Shown here: piece by piece, positions 62,401 through 64,000 of the stretch
Position numbering within the stretch: the first letter of the stretch is position 1
Layout of the letters: every line of letters starts with the position of its first letter
Notes under the pieces: model-generated
Databases searched by the model: none
What the model was told of the DNA's origin: nothing
Seen by the model: only the letters and a program-made list of their open reading frames with translations
Translations under genes and position numbers: made by a program
Assembly (NCBI GenBank): GCA_036172245.1
Contig: JAYWIR010000005.1
Span: forward strand, 2,914,001-2,978,000
Direction: 5' to 3'
Origin: Raillietiella orientalis
Lineage: Eukaryota
Length of the DNA: 64,000 nt

Positions 62401-63680
62401 TAAAAAGAACCTGAAAAAAGAATTTAGATGAAACAAAAGGAGCAGACAAATTAGAGACACCGTTGCTTATTTGACAGAGGAAAACAACCAAGAAACCCTA
62501 ATTAAGGTAATCCAATCTCAATTCGAGAGAAATCCCAGAAATGATCCATGATGCTGCTTATATTTCGCTGCTGATGCTAAGGAGCATCTGATATCTTTTC
62601 GCCATTTCCACATGACCACAGGGTATGAATTTTCCAAGGAACGGCGTCACATCATTGAATCGAGCATTCGAGTGGTATTAGTGAATTCCGAGGTTAGTTT
62701 TCAAATGACAAGTAGAAGGATCGTCTGAGCTGGAAGGGATTCTGAGGAGACCTGCAAGTCTAACCTCTTGCTGAGGTTTCTAATCTCCTTCTTATTCCTT
62801 ATTGAAATGTTGGAGTGCTCTCGACATCTACACCTCCGCTTTGGGAACCGCAGATCACTACGGCCTCACTGCAAAAGCCTTGGTTGCTGTTTAGGAATTC
62901 TACGATCAGGTCCACCAGGATCTTAATTTAAGATCTAATAAATTTTCCTGTCTGTGTTTGATGTAGTGGATAAAAAAAGCTCTATAAGGATAGCTAGATA
63001 AGGAGGCTTCTGGATTTGCTTTCTGCATAATCAAGCCCGTGAACGCGACTGGCATCCCTCGTATCCGAGCCATCGTTTCCTTCCTCTTCCTCTTCGGATT
63101 TTCCTTTTGGGTTCCGGTCTTACGTTGCTCAATTCTTCCATTACTTCCTTTTTAAAGCATTTTCTGAGTTGGATGCCCGGCAAATGCCGTTGCCATTAGT
63201 AAAAGAAGCATCATCATGATCGTTATTTTTAAAGCATCGGCTGCTTTCGTCACGCACTATGCTATTGTTGGATTTATGCAACAATGCCTTTTTATAGAAG
63301 AGGCATTGTTGCACACCGCAAGCCTCCAGCGTGCTCATCCGGAAGATTCACATCACTTCTTGAAAATCATGCCCAAGATCGACATTCTGATATTTGAGTG
63401 ATTCCGTCAAAGCACAGGATCTCTGTCGTAGCCAAGTACTAGGATGAGCGCCATGATGTGCAAAGAGGAGCGGAATTCGTCAACCCCCGTGGGAGACTTA
63501 CCCTCTCTGGTGGCTTTCCATTCTCGGTTTGCTGGGCATGCTGCCTCTGAGAAGCAGTTCGGTGAATTTCCATGCTCCCGTTTACCAAATCCCTAGTGAT
63601 GTGACTTGTCTCCTGAAAGGTGGTTTTGTGCAGAGTAACTGACGAAGAAGTATCCACTCTGCGTTCTGGCATGCTCCTCT
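51363..63680 (-). CDS. 3' end of an upstream zormin-like (5' sls-locus) protein: 3 Ig I-set domains plus a long low-complexity region; starts beyond the right edge
   Basis: Frame-consistent exon chain ending GAHISLRA-TAG at 51363-51365, directly upstream of kettin on the same strand. It contains LEPGSPPE and DPSTGLIYFKYDFGYEFGI motifs. The zormin label rests on position and recalled motifs; no spectrin repeats are visible in the window. Confidence 0.75.
56648..59133 (-). CDS. Zormin-like exon cluster (C-half of one Ig domain, one full Ig domain and unstructured region)
   Basis: Exons 58687-59133, 58060-58157, 57717-57822, 57324-57658, 56880-57258 and 56648-56820. Motifs include GSPTPTVKWFKN, DDTGTYKCVATNIAG, GSPAPSITWMKDG and EDTGRYSAVAQNSEG. 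Further exons between 53433 and 56647 cannot be excluded. Confidence 0.8.
59355..59880 (+). mobile_element. Dispersed repeat copy 2, probable tRNA-derived SINE, inside an intron
   Basis: A-box-like tggcaacgagg and B-box-like gggttctaatccc; collinear with 42440-42985. Confidence 0.7.
61057..61279 (-). CDS. Zormin-like exon (linker plus Ig N-terminal strands IPRFLKPMQAKSVEEGLPVEFFGELQG)
   Basis: Acceptor ccttctcttcaag and donor CAAG|gtgagt (phase 1), which joins exon 59133 to complete an Ig domain. Confidence 0.85.
63502..63680 (-). CDS. Possible further zormin-like exon (..MPERRVDTSSSVTLHKTTFQETSHITRDLVNG..PPER)
   Basis: Open frame ending in a perfect donor AGG|gtaagt (phase 0, compatible with 61279). 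The acceptor is uncertain. Confidence 0.4.
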
Positions 63681-64000
63681 CTGTCCAGACGATGGGAGCA
63701 TCGCACCTGTGTTGGCATGATCGCAGCAGAGATACTCACGACAAGATATCAGTGCAGAGGACACAGCCCTGCCCACTTCGTTCTCAGCTATTGCAGATAT
63801 GCGACCTCCGTGCTGTTGCCGGACATTCGGAATGTAGAGCGAATAGTTTGGTGGGATGGCAGAAATTTGTATATCCCTGTCGCTTCCGTAAACAGCAATA
63901 TCGTTTAGTGTCCAGATGACCTAGGATGGGGAAAGAGCAAAGAAAAGCGATTAGGGGAGTACTCTCTTTCGTGGGAGCACGAAAGGCACACAGAGTGCCA

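Noticed and set aside
1..64000. CRISPR array, rRNA, intact tRNA or prokaryotic operon
   Set aside because: No regular repeat-spacer pattern or intact RNA gene was seen. The DNA is intron-rich eukaryotic sequence, and the B-box-like motifs belong to decayed repeats.

Overview
This is eukaryotic, arthropod-like genomic DNA carrying the muscle titin-family locus sallimus (sls) on the minus strand, built from small exons and mostly 40-130 nt introns. Coordinates 1-30263 hold the 5' part of a kettin/Sls-type CDS: I reconstruct 19 Ig I-set domains with kettin-type linkers, running off the left edge, plus three candidate alternative first coding exons in a GC/CpG-rich block. Coordinates 51363 to about 63700 hold the 3' end of an upstream zormin-like unit with 3 Ig domains, its own stop codon and an AATAAA signal. 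The gap between the two units and the large introns contain decayed mobile DNA: an L1/Tx1-like LINE, a DIRS-like element and a probable tRNA-derived SINE family. The most unusual signal is a Cys-rich alternative N-terminal module at 27084-27766 that is open in two overlapping frames, each with a phase-compatible splice donor into kettin. All exon structures were inferred by eye from splice sites and reading frame, and family assignments come from recalled motifs, not database searches.
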